Shown here piece by piece: positions 1 through 10,333 of a stretch of DNA of 64,000 nt. The stretch covers positions 2,180,572 to 2,244,571 of the forward strand of contig CP030759.1 of the NCBI GenBank assembly GCA_003290465.1. The letters run 5' to 3'. Source of the DNA: Candidatus Sumerlaea chitinivorans (GTDB lineage: Bacteria > Sumerlaeota > Sumerlaeia > Sumerlaeales > Sumerlaeaceae). A program made the position numbers and the translations under genes. The notes under the pieces were generated by a model. That model was not told the DNA's origin. It made no database searches and saw nothing but the letters and a program-made list of their open reading frames with translations. The stretch's first letter is position 1. Every line of letters begins with the position of its first letter.

Positions 1-598
1 AGCTTTCCGCCGTTCCCCACGGCTGATTCAAGTCGGTGATCACCCGCGTCTGAATGCCGCGGTGGTAAAGATCCCACGTGTGCGCGCCCTCGATTTCGTC
101 ACACACGCGCACGCAACGCGTGCAAAGGATGCACCGGTTGTGGTCCGCCACAAAGCGCGGATGCGAGGCGTCCACTTTAAGCTTCTGATACAAGTAGGGC
201 ACACGCACGTGCGTCATCCCTTGCCGTTGCGCCATGGCCTGAAGATCGCAGTGGCCATTCGTGACGCACACCGCGCACACATGGTTGCGTTCCGTAAACA
301 GGAACTCGAGAATCATGCGGCGATACTTGCGCAGCCGCTCGCTATCGGTGACGACCTCCATATTCTCGTGAACGCGCGTGACGCATGCCGGCAGGAGCTT
401 ATTCACACCCTTCACTTCTACCAAACACATGCGGCATGCGCCAACAGGCGTGAGGCCTGACAAGTGACACAACGTCGGGATTTCAATGCCATTCTCGCGC
501 GCGACCTCAAGAATCGTCTGATCGCCCTTTGCGCTGACGTCTTTGCCGTCGATCTTGAGAGTCTTAACGCGCACCTGCGATGCAGCAGTCGTCGTCAT
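1..598 (-). CDS. hoxU: Bidirectional hydrogenase diaphorase subunit HoxU (3' end outside the window)
   Basis: Not in the ORF track because it is truncated. Manual translation from the ATG at 598 (ATGA overlap with the hoxF stop) gives [21 protein letters not shown]...IPTLCHL...[10 protein letters not shown]...ACVT...[16 protein letters not shown]...[17 protein letters not shown], the NuoG-N/HoxU Fe-S motifs. Confidence 0.9.
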   Translation of the reverse strand, partial: MTTTAASQVRVKTLKIDGKDVSAKGDQTILEVARENGIEIPTLCHLSGLTPVGACRMCLVEVKGVNKLLPACVTRVHENMEVVTDSERLRKYRRMILEFLFTERNHVCAVCVTNGHCDLQAMAQRQGMTHVRVPYLYQKLKVDASHPRFVADHNRCILCTRCVRVCDEIEGAHTWDLYHRGIQTRVITDLNQPWGTAES

Positions 599-2247
599 AC
601 GAGCACCTCCTCACGGGCCATACGGCACACGCCGGCCGGACACCGCTTCTCGATGATGTGAGCCTCATATTCTTTGCGGAAATACCGCAGCGTACTCACC
701 ACGGGATTCGGGGCAGTCTGGCCAAGACCGCACAGGCTCGTGTTCTTGACCATATCGCACAGCTCCTCGAGCAGCTCGAGGTCTTCCATCGTGGCCTCGC
801 CGCGGGTCATGCGGTCCAGCAGATTGTACATGTGGACCGTGCCCACGCGGCACGGCACACATTTGCCGCACGACTCGGTCATGCAGAACTCCATGAAGTA
901 CTTCGCCACATCCACCATGCAGGATGTCTCGTCCATGACGATCATCCCGCCGGAGCCCATGATGGACCCCACACTGGCCAGCGATTCGTAATCCACCGGC
1001 ATGTCGAGGAATTGCTCGGGGATGCAGCCGCCGGAGGGGCCACCAGTCTGAACTGCTTTGAACTTCTTCCCGTCGGGGATCCCGCCGCCAATATCGAAAA
1101 TGATCTCGCGCAGCGTGATGCCCATGGGCACTTCCACCAAACCCGTGTTCACTACGCGGCCGGCCAAGGCAAAGACCTTGGTGCCCTTGCTCTTCTCCGT
1201 CCCAATGGAGGCAAACCACTCGCCACCGTTGCGGATAATCGGCGCAATGTTCGCGAAGGTCTCGACGTTATTGATCAGCGTCGGGCAACCCCATAGACCC
1301 GATTGCGCGGGATAGGGCGGACGTGGTCGTGGCTGACCACGCTTGCCTTCGATCGAAGCAATCAGCGCTGTTTCTTCGCCGCAAACGAAGGCACCCGCGC
1401 CTAAACGGATCTCTATGCGGAAATTGAACGTGCTACCACAGATGGAATTGCCCAAAAACCCATTCTGCTCGGCCTGTTTGATCGCTTGCTTCAGGCGCTT
1501 GATCGCCAGCGGGTACTCGGCCCGCACATAGATGTAACCCATGTCCGCACCGACCGCATAGGCGGCGATCGCCATACCCTCGAGCACCCGGTGCGGGTCG
1601 CTCTCCAGCACGCTCCGGTCCATGAAGGCGCCGGGATCGCCCTCGTCCGCGTTACAAATCACAAACTTGCGCGACCCGACCGCCTTGGCCACCGTACTCC
1701 ATTTAAGACCTGTCGGGTAGCCCGCGCCCCCACGCCCACGCAGGCCGCTCGTCGTAACCTCCTGAATCACTTCCGAGGGGGTCATTTCGGTGATGGCCTT
1801 GTAGAGGGCACCGTAGCCACCCACCGCAACGTAGTCCTCGAACGACTCAGGATTAATGCGGCCAGCATTCTCGAGCACGATGCGCTTCTGCCGCTGGAAG
1901 AGTGGCGTGTCCGTAGGGAGGACAAGCTCGGGGACGGGGGCTTTATCGAGCGAGTCGATGATTTTCGTCGCATCCTCGGGAGTTACGGCGTGGTAAACGA
2001 CCCCGTTGACGTCCAGCGCCACGAGCGGGCCGGCCGCGCAAGGCCCCAAACAGCCCACGGGCCGTACCATCACGCTCTCCTCGAGGCCGCGCTCCTTGAT
2101 GGCCTGCTTTAGCGCCTCAAACACTTTGTCCGCGCCTGAGGAGAGACATCCGGCAGCCATACAGACGCCAATGCAATGCTTGTACTTCGCGAGCGCCTCG
2201 CGCCGCGAACTTGCTAAATTTTCGAGTTCTTCAGGAGAGATCGTCAT
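595..2247 (-). CDS. hoxF: Bidirectional hydrogenase diaphorase subunit HoxF (NuoF family, FMN/NAD-binding, N-terminal thioredoxin-like 2Fe-2S domain)
   Basis: [52 protein letters not shown]; lies between hoxE and hoxU. Confidence 0.93.
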   Translation of the reverse strand: MTISPEELENLASSRREALAKYKHCIGVCMAAGCLSSGADKVFEALKQAIKERGLEESVMVRPVGCLGPCAAGPLVALDVNGVVYHAVTPEDATKIIDSLDKAPVPELVLPTDTPLFQRQKRIVLENAGRINPESFEDYVAVGGYGALYKAITEMTPSEVIQEVTTSGLRGRGGAGYPTGLKWSTVAKAVGSRKFVICNADEGDPGAFMDRSVLESDPHRVLEGMAIAAYAVGADMGYIYVRAEYPLAIKRLKQAIKQAEQNGFLGNSICGSTFNFRIEIRLGAGAFVCGEETALIASIEGKRGQPRPRPPYPAQSGLWGCPTLINNVETFANIAPIIRNGGEWFASIGTEKSKGTKVFALAGRVVNTGLVEVPMGITLREIIFDIGGGIPDGKKFKAVQTGGPSGGCIPEQFLDMPVDYESLASVGSIMGSGGMIVMDETSCMVDVAKYFMEFCMTESCGKCVPCRVGTVHMYNLLDRMTRGEATMEDLELLEELCDMVKNTSLCGLGQTAPNPVVSTLRYFRKEYEAHIIEKRCPAGVCRMAREEVLV

Positions 2248-2747
2248 GATTTCACCCTCTTTTCAATGCGCTCAAGGATTTCGGCGGACGACAACTTGCC
2301 AGCCACTTCACCATCAATCACAGCAGCCGGGGCAAGACCGCAGCAGCCGAAGCAACGCGCCGTCAGCAACGACAGCTCGCCATCCTCGCTCGTCTCACCC
2401 GGTTTAACCCCATACTTCTGCTCGATCGCCTCAATGAGATTCCCGGCGCCCTTGATATAGCAGGCTGTTCCGGTGCACACCACACAGGTGTGGCGCCCTT
2501 GAGGCTTGAGCGTAAAGAAATGATAGAACGTGGCGACGCCGTAGACCTTACTCAGCGGCAAGTGCAACGAATAGGCAACAAACCGCATCACGTCCTCATC
2601 AAGGTAACCGAACGCTTCCTGCGCTGTGTGCAAAACCTCGATGAGGGAATGCGCCTTGTAGCCGTGCCGACGCATGGTCGCCTCGAGCAGTTTCCAACGC
2701 GTATCGTTGGAAGGAGGTGTGGGTTTAGTGTATTTTGCTTTGAGCAT
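2244..2747 (-). CDS. hoxE: Bidirectional hydrogenase subunit HoxE (NuoE family 2Fe-2S)
   Basis: [31 protein letters not shown]; 4-nt overlap with hoxF. Confidence 0.92.
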   Translation of the reverse strand: MLKAKYTKPTPPSNDTRWKLLEATMRRHGYKAHSLIEVLHTAQEAFGYLDEDVMRFVAYSLHLPLSKVYGVATFYHFFTLKPQGRHTCVVCTGTACYIKGAGNLIEAIEQKYGVKPGETSEDGELSLLTARCFGCCGLAPAAVIDGEVAGKLSSAEILERIEKRVKS

Positions 2748-3230
2748 AGTTTACGCTCCTCGATCCTCGGCGGAAGATAATAGAGAATTCTTTCTCTATT
2801 TAGCTGTTGCGCCCGCGACGTATTTTACCGCTCATCACAACCTCTTCCGCCTTGCTTGACTTCGAATTCACCCCAACATCACACCTAAATTCAAGAAAAA
2901 TTTATCGAGATTGAATTCCTTATTTGCTTTGCCTGCAAAACCCCGAGATCTCAAAGAACTATATAACCACTCCATGACAACTGCCCACTCTTTTGTAAAC
3001 CTCCCCAGACCGGTCCGTCCGAGTATTCTCTGCCAAACCACAATGACTTCTACCATATCTGGACCCGACCGCGCAACATGAATTATCCTGTTTCAATCCC
3101 ACCAGAAAATAGAAAGCACCCCAAGGTCGTCCGAGGTGCTCCCCCTGCGGATCAATCCACGTTGGGCTGTCCCTGCCCACCGTGAAACCGGAAAGCGTTC
3201 ACTTCCAAATGCTGCTCACCGCGGCAGGAC

Positions 3231-3275
3231 AAATAAAGAGAACGGGAGCTTGGGGCACTGCCGCCATGCTCCCGT
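3231..3275 (-). terminator. Probable intrinsic terminator downstream of gpmA
   Basis: Arms ACGGGAGC/GCTCCCGT (3242-3249, 3268-3275) with further imperfect pairing inside, followed on the minus strand by TCTCTTTATTT. Confidence 0.6.
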
Positions 3276-3359
3276 CCGGGTTTTGTTTGCACGTGCAAAC
3301 CTCGCCACTCACGCGCAGCCACGCGCGCGCAAGAAGCGAGGAGCAAGCCTCTTAGGGCA

Positions 3360-4106
3360 TTACTTTGCTTTTCCTTGGTTTGCCACCGCTTCCGCCGCGC
3401 GCGCCACTGCCTCCGGATCCCCCAAATAATAGTGGCGGATTGGCTTCAACTCGTCGTCGAGTTCATAAACCAGAGGGATCCCGGTCGGGATGTTGAGCCC
3501 AACAATCTCTTCGTCGCTGATGTTATCGAGATACTTTACCAGCGCGCGCAAGCTATTGCCGTGGGCCGCGATGATCACCCGTTTCCCGCTTCGAATGGCT
3601 GGCGCGATGGTCTCATGCCAGTAGGGCAGGAAGCGTTGAACCGTATCCTTCAAGCATTCGGTCACGGGAATCTCCTCGGGGCGCAGATCGCGATAGCGCG
3701 GATCGTGTCCCGGCCAACGCGGATCACTTTTCTCCAAAGCCGGCGGTGGCACGTCGTAGCTTCGGCGCCAGATTTTCACCTGTTCCTCGCCGAACTTCGC
3801 TGCCATCTCGGACTTGTTGAGCCCTTGGAGGGCACCATAGTGGCGTTCGTTCAGCCGCCACGAATTATGGATGGGGATCCACATGAGATCCATCTCGTCG
3901 AGCACGATCCAAAGCGTCCGAATTGCCCGCTTGAGGACGGAGGTAAACGCGACGTCAAAACAATAGCCTTCTTTCTTTAGCGTTTTGCCCGCCTCGTGGG
4001 CTTCCACGATCCCCCGGTCGGACAAATCCACATCCGTCCAGCCAGTAAAACGATTCTCTTTATTCCAAACACTCTCGCCGTGACGCAGCAACACAACCTT
4101 ATGCAT
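3360..4106 (-). CDS. gpmA: 2,3-bisphosphoglycerate-dependent phosphoglycerate mutase
   Basis: [47 protein letters not shown]. Confidence 0.97.
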   Translation of the reverse strand: MHKVVLLRHGESVWNKENRFTGWTDVDLSDRGIVEAHEAGKTLKKEGYCFDVAFTSVLKRAIRTLWIVLDEMDLMWIPIHNSWRLNERHYGALQGLNKSEMAAKFGEEQVKIWRRSYDVPPPALEKSDPRWPGHDPRYRDLRPEEIPVTECLKDTVQRFLPYWHETIAPAIRSGKRVIIAAHGNSLRALVKYLDNISDEEIVGLNIPTGIPLVYELDDELKPIRHYYLGDPEAVARAAEAVANQGKAK

Positions 4107-4321
4107 GTTGGATCCTTTCTCTGAAATGTATCTCGCGTTCGCTACACTCTACCCCTGTCGGAAAAAAACTTCGTCAAGCCTGAATGGGAAAGAGGCAGAC
4201 ACCTGGAAGGTGCTGAAAGATTCATGGGAGGCGTCGAGTGCGTCGCCTAGCAAGTGAAAAACCCTCACGCACGCTCAACGTCGTGCGAATCTTCGCCTCT
4301 CTTTGGTCTCAGCGCAGAACG

Positions 4322-6517
4322 TTACGGCGTGGGTGGCAGGGGCGCCTGCGTGGCATCGCCGGCGTCGCGAGCTCGCATGCCCACCTCACCTGACCAAGGT
4401 TCGGACCCCGCTGGGGCGGCTTCCTTCTCGATCTCTGCCATTCCGACCTTCGGACGTTCCGCCGGTTTTCCCGTATGGAGTTCGCCACCCGCTTCTTCCA
4501 CCGTTTGTTTGAGCAGTGTCTCCATTTGCATGCGAATGGACTCGCGACTCTCGCGCGGAGTGTGCTTGCAGACCTCTTCAAATGTAGTAATGCCAAGGCA
4601 GATTTTGAGCCACCCATCTTGGCGCATGGTTTTCATACCTTGGCGAATTGCGGTATCCTGAATCTGGTCCGTGGTTGCACGCTCGAGGATTAGGTCGCGA
4701 ATCTCATCGGTCACCCGGAGAAGCTCGAAAATGCCGATTCGGCCCTTATAGCCAGTCTCGGCGCATTCGGCGCACCCTTCGCCGTGGAAGAAAGTGATAT
4801 CGGCAACCTCTTCGCGCGTGGTTGCGAACTCTGCCAACTCCTCTGGCAGCGGATCGTATGGCCGCTTGCAGATCGGGCAGATCAGGCGGACAAGGCGCTG
4901 TCCGATGACAGCCTCCAAGGACGACGTGATCAAGAACGGCTCGACCCCCATGTCAATCAAACGCGTGACAGCGCCGGCCGCACTATTCGTGTGCAACGTC
5001 GAGAAGACCAAGTGACCGGTCAAGGATGCCTGAATTGCAATCTGAGCGGTTTCGACGTCGCGGACTTCACCGACGAGAATGATGTCGGGGTCCTGACGCA
5101 AGATTGCGCGGAGTGCAGCCGCAAACGTCAGTCCAACGTTCGGGTTGATGTTCACCTGCACCAGCCCATCGAGCTGATACTCCACCGGGTCTTCCGTCGT
5201 GATAATCTTCTCCGTCGGGCTATTGATCTCGTTGAGCGCCGCATACAGCGTCGTCGTTTTTCCAGAACCCGTGGGGCCGGTGACCAAAATGATGCCGTTG
5301 GGCCGCTCCACCACTTTCATGAATTGCTCGAGCACATCGGGCATCATGCCGATCTGCTGCACGCCAAGGAGGGCCATGTTCTTATCCAAGATACGCATGG
5401 CCATGCCCTCGCCGTGGGCCACTGGCAGCGTCGAGACACGCATGTCAATTTCGCGCCCTTCGACTGTCAGCTTGATGCGGCCATCCTGAGGTCGGCGCGA
5501 CTCGCTGATATCCATGCCCGCCATGACCTTGAAGCGGGAGATAATGCCCGTCTGCCATGATTTCGGCGGCGACGGGATTTCACGCAGCACACCGTCCACG
5601 CGGTAGCGAATACGCAATGCGTTCGAGAATGGCTCAATATGAAGGTCGCTCGCGCGGTCTTTGATCGCTTGCAGGAGTAGGAGGTTACAGAAACGGATGA
5701 TCGGGGCTTCCTGCGCGATCTTTTCAATGTCGCTCAGGTCGTAGGTACCCTCGCGCTGCTCTAAGCCGGTAGAGGTGTCTTCGGCTTCAAACTCCTCGAC
5801 CATCTGGTCGAGCGTCTTATCGCCGACGCCGTAGTAGAGGTTAATGTAGTCAACGATCTCCTCTTCATTGGCGACGACCGCTTCCACATCCCGGACGTTT
5901 TGGTCCATGAGGAACAACCGAAGGTCGTCCACAATCCGCACATTCAACGGATCGCTGATCGCCACGACAATGGTTCGGTCTTCCGCCCGGTACTGGATCG
6001 GGAAAACCGTATACGTGCGCGCAATCTCGGCCGGAATCATCCTCAGCAATTCGGGGGTAATCCACGTCTTCGGTACATCTCCCAATTTGATGTACTTGAG
6101 GCCCGCCTGCTCGCTGAGAATTTCGAGCATGTCGGCCTCGGGCGACACGGCAAGATCCGGCACTGAGGGTTGTTCGGGTGCGGCGCGTAACTTACCCGCT
6201 TCCTCACCCTGGGGCGCAAAGGCACTACCGACCGTTTTCCGCGCTTCTTCCTCCTGCGGAACAAGGCGCTGTTTCTGCGAGCCCGTACGTGCGGCAAGTT
6301 CGTCCGGCGGCGCATTCGGGATCGCCCGCATGCGCGTCGTTTGCCCGCCTGTTGAGGCCGAAGGTTTTGCCTCAGGTTTGGCTGCCGGATCAGGCAATTT
6401 CGCGGACGAAACGCCCTTTCCCTGCGTTTCGCCATTCGAGGGCTTTGCTGGCTCGTCGCTTTTGCCCGGAATGAATTTTTTCAAAAAAGACATGGATACC
6501 ACCATTCCTCTCGACAC
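4322..6517 (-). CDS. Type IV pilus / type II secretion assembly ATPase (PilB/GspE family) with low-complexity N-terminal extension
   Basis: ASDLHIEP, GPTGSGKTTT (Walker A), TEDPVEY, LRQDPDIILVGEVRD, STLHTN, CxxC...CxxC zinc motif. True start may be the ATG at 6505 or 6493. Confidence 0.9.
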   Translation of the reverse strand: MSRGMVVSMSFLKKFIPGKSDEPAKPSNGETQGKGVSSAKLPDPAAKPEAKPSASTGGQTTRMRAIPNAPPDELAARTGSQKQRLVPQEEEARKTVGSAFAPQGEEAGKLRAAPEQPSVPDLAVSPEADMLEILSEQAGLKYIKLGDVPKTWITPELLRMIPAEIARTYTVFPIQYRAEDRTIVVAISDPLNVRIVDDLRLFLMDQNVRDVEAVVANEEEIVDYINLYYGVGDKTLDQMVEEFEAEDTSTGLEQREGTYDLSDIEKIAQEAPIIRFCNLLLLQAIKDRASDLHIEPFSNALRIRYRVDGVLREIPSPPKSWQTGIISRFKVMAGMDISESRRPQDGRIKLTVEGREIDMRVSTLPVAHGEGMAMRILDKNMALLGVQQIGMMPDVLEQFMKVVERPNGIILVTGPTGSGKTTTLYAALNEINSPTEKIITTEDPVEYQLDGLVQVNINPNVGLTFAAALRAILRQDPDIILVGEVRDVETAQIAIQASLTGHLVFSTLHTNSAAGAVTRLIDMGVEPFLITSSLEAVIGQRLVRLICPICKRPYDPLPEELAEFATTREEVADITFFHGEGCAECAETGYKGRIGIFELLRVTDEIRDLILERATTDQIQDTAIRQGMKTMRQDGWLKICLGITTFEEVCKHTPRESRESIRMQMETLLKQTVEEAGGELHTGKPAERPKVGMAEIEKEAAPAGSEPWSGEVGMRARDAGDATQAPLPPTP

Positions 6518-6738
6518 TGAGGCTGGCTCGTGCCTCTGTGCCGACTTACATCAGTATAGGACACACCCAGCGCTTTTCCTCTTCAATCGAATCGTTCAAA
6601 GGAGGTCGCGCAAAATCTGAGTCAACCTCTTACTTTCTCCTCTGAGACGACTCAAGCACGATTTTAGTATTGCCGTCTCCCGTACCCACACGATACCCAT
6701 GGCAAGAGCTCAGATCACCAAGACAACGGAGAATCGAC

Positions 6739-7611
6739 GTGAGTAAGAAGACTTTGCGGCCGAAAGCAACTGCCACAAGCTCGCGCACTTTTCGGCGCGT
6801 CCTCATTTGGTGTGATATGGAGGGAATCAGCGGAATTACCCGTTGGGAACAGGTAACTTCAACCTCACCCATGTACGCCGAAGGGCGTGCGCTCTACACG
6901 CAGGACGTAAATGCCGCGGTGCGCGGAGCAAAGCGGGCAGGATTTTCGGAAATCTATGTGGTGGATGGCCATGGTGCTGGCGGGAGTTATTCGTTCAATA
7001 GCTGGCTAAAGGACCAGCTCGAGCCGGGAGCAACCTATATTTTCGGTCATCGATGGGGATGCTATGTGGAGCCACTGCGCATGGGCGATTGCGTAGTGAT
7101 TCTTGTCGGGGCCCACGCGCGCGCCGGCACATCCGACGGCATCCTCTGCCATACAATGTCGAGTGAGGCTTGGTACGACGCCACCCTCAATGGCGAGCCA
7201 ATCGGAGAGGTGGGTTTTGCCGCAGCCATCGCCGGTAGCTTCGGTGCGCCCATCGCGTTTATCTCAGGCGACGCTGCCGTCTGCCGTGAAGCGGGCGCTC
7301 TATTGGGCCGCGCACTCGTGACTGCTGAGGTCAAGAAAGGCATCACGCGCTACAGCGCCGCATGTCTTGCCCCGAAGGATGCCCAGCAGCTCATCGAGGA
7401 TCAGGTGTGTGCAGCTCTCTCGCGTCCCGCAGCACAATTGCCCGCCCCGTACCGACCCAAGCCACCCCTTGAGCTCAGGGTGGATCTCATGGCGCCCGAT
7501 CAGACAAAGCTATATCTTGGGCGTGAGGGAGTAAAGATCGTCAACGGGCGCACGCTCGTGGCGCGCGGTAAGGACTTCTTCAGTCTGTGGGATCAATTCT
7601 GGCACTACTAA
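6739..7611 (+). CDS. M55 family D-aminopeptidase (DppA-like)
   Basis: DMEGISG, DGHG, GAHARAG, HT metal-ligand motifs; GTG at 6739 preceded by GGAGA. Confidence 0.85.
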   Translation: MSKKTLRPKATATSSRTFRRVLIWCDMEGISGITRWEQVTSTSPMYAEGRALYTQDVNAAVRGAKRAGFSEIYVVDGHGAGGSYSFNSWLKDQLEPGATYIFGHRWGCYVEPLRMGDCVVILVGAHARAGTSDGILCHTMSSEAWYDATLNGEPIGEVGFAAAIAGSFGAPIAFISGDAAVCREAGALLGRALVTAEVKKGITRYSAACLAPKDAQQLIEDQVCAALSRPAAQLPAPYRPKPPLELRVDLMAPDQTKLYLGREGVKIVNGRTLVARGKDFFSLWDQFWHY

Positions 7612-7788
7612 TTCTGCGCTTGTCAGATTTTTTGAATTCCCACTCCCTTGTGAAAAACCGCCGATTTTCGCAAGAGCTCGACCCGTCGCCGAAAAGCGGA
7701 ACAGCCGCAGTGCGGGGCGAAGTAGTGTGTGGGATTGAGCATGAGAGAGACACCGCGTGGCGGCATTTGCCCAAGTGAGGGAAATGTT

Positions 7789-7818
7789 GGGCGCAGGACG
7801 CCCGCGCGCCCTGCGCCC
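7789..7818 (-). terminator. GC-rich hairpin closing the minus-strand lysin/holin unit
   Basis: Minus strand GGGCGCAGGGCGC-GCGG-GCGTCCTGCGCCC, a 13-bp stem with one G-U pair; U-tail is weak (AACATTTCCC). Confidence 0.45.
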
Positions 7819-7847
7819 GCGTGATCGCGCCTCCGATCGCGCTCGGC

Positions 7848-8057
7848 TCACTGGCCGATATCGCGCTTGCCCACGCTGTGGGTCCACGTGGCGCCAAAGA
7901 ACGCGACTCCGAGCTCAACAGCAGCTTTCAGGATTGCGTCGGCCTGTTGCTGCTCAAGAACATGAAGTGCTACCGCGCCGGCCAAGAAGGTGGACAAGAA
8001 GATGTAGGTGCGTGCACTTCCAAGGAACTTCGCGAGTCCGCTGCGCAGCGGTTCCAT
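7848..8057 (-). CDS. Small membrane protein (69 aa, two hydrophobic segments), holin-like
   Basis: Strong GGAGGAGG Shine-Dalgarno upstream of the ATG; segments TYIFLSTFLAGAVALHVL and AAVELGVAFFGATW; charged C-tail; directly downstream of a cell-wall hydrolase. Confidence 0.6.
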   Translation of the reverse strand: MEPLRSGLAKFLGSARTYIFLSTFLAGAVALHVLEQQQADAILKAAVELGVAFFGATWTHSVGKRDIGQ

Positions 8058-8115
8058 GGTTTGCCTCCTCCGATTTCTGGAAAATGACGAATCGCAGAAG
8101 CGGAGCGACGTCTCT

Positions 8116-9021
8116 TTAGGCGAGCGCCTGCAAAGTTAGATCGTAGCTGCGCCGATGGACAATGCCCCAGCCACGCGCAAACACGAGTTTGCGACCGAGC
8201 ACATCCGCACGCCAAGGTGCTCGGGACTCGGCGGCTACAGCAATTGCGATCACTTCGAGTCGCGATTTCGATGCCGGCGGGGCGTCGCGATCCCTCATGA
8301 GACGCGCGAAGTGAGTCTCGTGAGCGGCGCGCCACCCACCATTTTGTACCCAGACATCGAACAGCAGTCCACGCCCGGTGGGGCTCTCCACACCAAGTTT
8401 CTTGGCGCACGCCGCCGCTGGATGCCAGCAGCGCTCGCGAGCAAAGCGCACCTGAAGCTCGCGCATCTGCGGATGATTGCCCCACGCCGCGAAGCTCGCC
8501 CGCACTTCAGGTCGCACGCGGCGCATGGGGTCCAGCATGACTCGCTCCCATACGTGACGATCGCTGTCGCGCAGAAGAAGTTGCTCGAGCCTGCGCCGAA
8601 AACTCCGCGGGGCATACTCCAACGCTTCGGGAGCATGCCTCAGAAATTCGGTCACAAGCTCCTGAACCTCACCATGCTCGGTAGTGAAGCCAATGATCCC
8701 GAAGGTGACTCCAGCGCCGTCAGTGTCGGTCGGGTTGCAGTCCCCGAACCCCGTCCCCTCGAATGCCGAGGTGAGCGTGAGGCAGCGCCGGAATTCATCT
8801 GGCCACTCCAAACCGCACGCCGAGAAAACGGCTGCGTCCGCGTCGCCAGAGGGCTCGCGGCCAATCGAGCGTTCCACACGCTCCACCGCGTCGCGCGTTT
8901 GCGGACCAAAGATCCCGTCGGCTGCAACACCTAATGCATGCTGGAGTTCCGCAACGCACAAGCCCACCCCGCCCATTCGATATGCAAGTGGCACAGGGCA
9001 CCGATCCTCTCCGCGTGGCAC
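8116..9021 (-). CDS. Peptidoglycan-binding domain plus lysozyme-fold (GH46 chitosanase-like) hydrolase; endolysin-like
   Basis: N-terminal LQHALG..ADGIFGPQTRDAV (PG_binding_1 signature); FEG...DTDGAGVTFGIIGFT resembles the GH46 E...DGRGYTxGIIGF motif; no signal peptide. Start uncertain. Confidence 0.7.
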   Translation of the reverse strand: MPRGEDRCPVPLAYRMGGVGLCVAELQHALGVAADGIFGPQTRDAVERVERSIGREPSGDADAAVFSACGLEWPDEFRRCLTLTSAFEGTGFGDCNPTDTDGAGVTFGIIGFTTEHGEVQELVTEFLRHAPEALEYAPRSFRRRLEQLLLRDSDRHVWERVMLDPMRRVRPEVRASFAAWGNHPQMRELQVRFARERCWHPAAACAKKLGVESPTGRGLLFDVWVQNGGWRAAHETHFARLMRDRDAPPASKSRLEVIAIAVAAESRAPWRADVLGRKLVFARGWGIVHRRSYDLTLQALA

Positions 9022-9153
9022 GCGTTTGGGAAACGCACACCCCGCTTTCTCCGATTCGATGCCCCGAACTTAGACACGTCGGCTGAGCCCGACAATTCCC
9101 CCACGGGTGCTAGGCAGATCTTAGCGGCTTATCTTGTATGTCCCGAGCGCGTT

Positions 9154-10173
9154 CTACTCTGAGAACTGAATGGGATTTGCAGCAATGAACCGCTCTGCGT
9201 CGATGGCCGCCATACAACCCGTCCCAGCCGCTGTAATTGCCTGCCGGTAGACGTGGTCTTGGCAATCGCCGCAAGCAAACACTCCCTCGGCACTCGTGTA
9301 GGTGGAGCCGGGCCGCGTGCGAATGTAACCGGCTTCATCCATTTCAAGCTGTCCGGCAAAAAGAGAGGTGTTTGGGGTATGACCGATTGCGACAAAGATG
9401 CCATCCGTCGAAACAATTCGCTCTTCGCCGGTGCGGGTATCGCGGAGCCGTGCTCCGGTCACGAACTTTCGAAATCCTTCGGTTTTCCCCAAAATCTCAA
9501 CAATCTGGGCATTCCAGATGAACTGGATTTTCGGGTGTTTCATTGCGCGCTCGGCCATAATTTTCGAGGCACGGAGCTGATCGCGCCGATGAACCACCGT
9601 CACAGTGCGCGCGTGCCGTGTCAGGAAGAGCGCCTCTTCCATCGCCGTGTCGCCGCCCCCGACGACCAACACGTCTTTGTCCCGATAAAGGGCGCCGTCG
9701 CACGTCGCGCATGCTGACACGCCGCAGTTTTTGTATTCTTCTTCCGATGGGATCCCGAGCCACTTTGCACTTGCCCCTGTAGCGACGATGACGGCTTCGG
9801 CCCAATACACCTCGCCGTCGCACTCTACCCGTAAGGGCCGCTTGCTGAAGTCCACGGCCGTCACCCGTTTTTGAAGGCATTCCGCGCCAAAATACTGGGC
9901 ATGACGACGAATGCGCTCGATGATCTCCGGGCCGGCGAGGCCGTGCAACTTATCGCCTTCCCACTCCACTAAGCCCGGGAAGTTTTCTACTTCGGTCGTG
10001 ATCGTTAACTGCCCACCGGGCATCGTATCATAGAATCCGTCACCCTCAAACACCAGCGGCGCGAGATTGGCTCGCGCAGTGTAAATAGCAGCCGTGAGTC
10101 CTGCAGGACCCGAGCCGATGATGATCACTTGGCGCACGTCGCTACGACGCAGATTGCTCGCTGGTTCTCCCAT
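9154..10173 (-). CDS. trxB: Thioredoxin-disulfide reductase
   Basis: IIGSGPAGLTAAIY, GVSACATCDG, VGGGDTAMEEA, VHRRD, RQAITAAGTG. Confidence 0.97.
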   Translation of the reverse strand: MGEPASNLRRSDVRQVIIIGSGPAGLTAAIYTARANLAPLVFEGDGFYDTMPGGQLTITTEVENFPGLVEWEGDKLHGLAGPEIIERIRRHAQYFGAECLQKRVTAVDFSKRPLRVECDGEVYWAEAVIVATGASAKWLGIPSEEEYKNCGVSACATCDGALYRDKDVLVVGGGDTAMEEALFLTRHARTVTVVHRRDQLRASKIMAERAMKHPKIQFIWNAQIVEILGKTEGFRKFVTGARLRDTRTGEERIVSTDGIFVAIGHTPNTSLFAGQLEMDEAGYIRTRPGSTYTSAEGVFACGDCQDHVYRQAITAAGTGCMAAIDAERFIAANPIQFSE

Positions 10174-10333
10174 GATTCCTATTCACCTTCGTCCAATGGC
10201 GTTTTTGTGCATTGATATGCGTAGTTCCGATAAGCTGGTTGCGACCACCCGCCGGCGGCGGAAATTCTGTTTGCTCCGAATAAAGGACGCATGATATTTT
10301 GATTCAACGAAAAGAAGGAGCGACGAGACGCTG

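Noticed and set aside
595..2747. Respiratory complex I nuoEF
   Set aside because: The extra N-terminal 2Fe-2S domain in the F subunit and the HoxU-type downstream gene fit a Hox diaphorase better; hoxYH cannot be seen in this window.
4146..4177. Sigma70 promoter TTGACG...TAGAGT for gpmA
   Set aside because: Spacer is 20 bp, too long for a canonical promoter.
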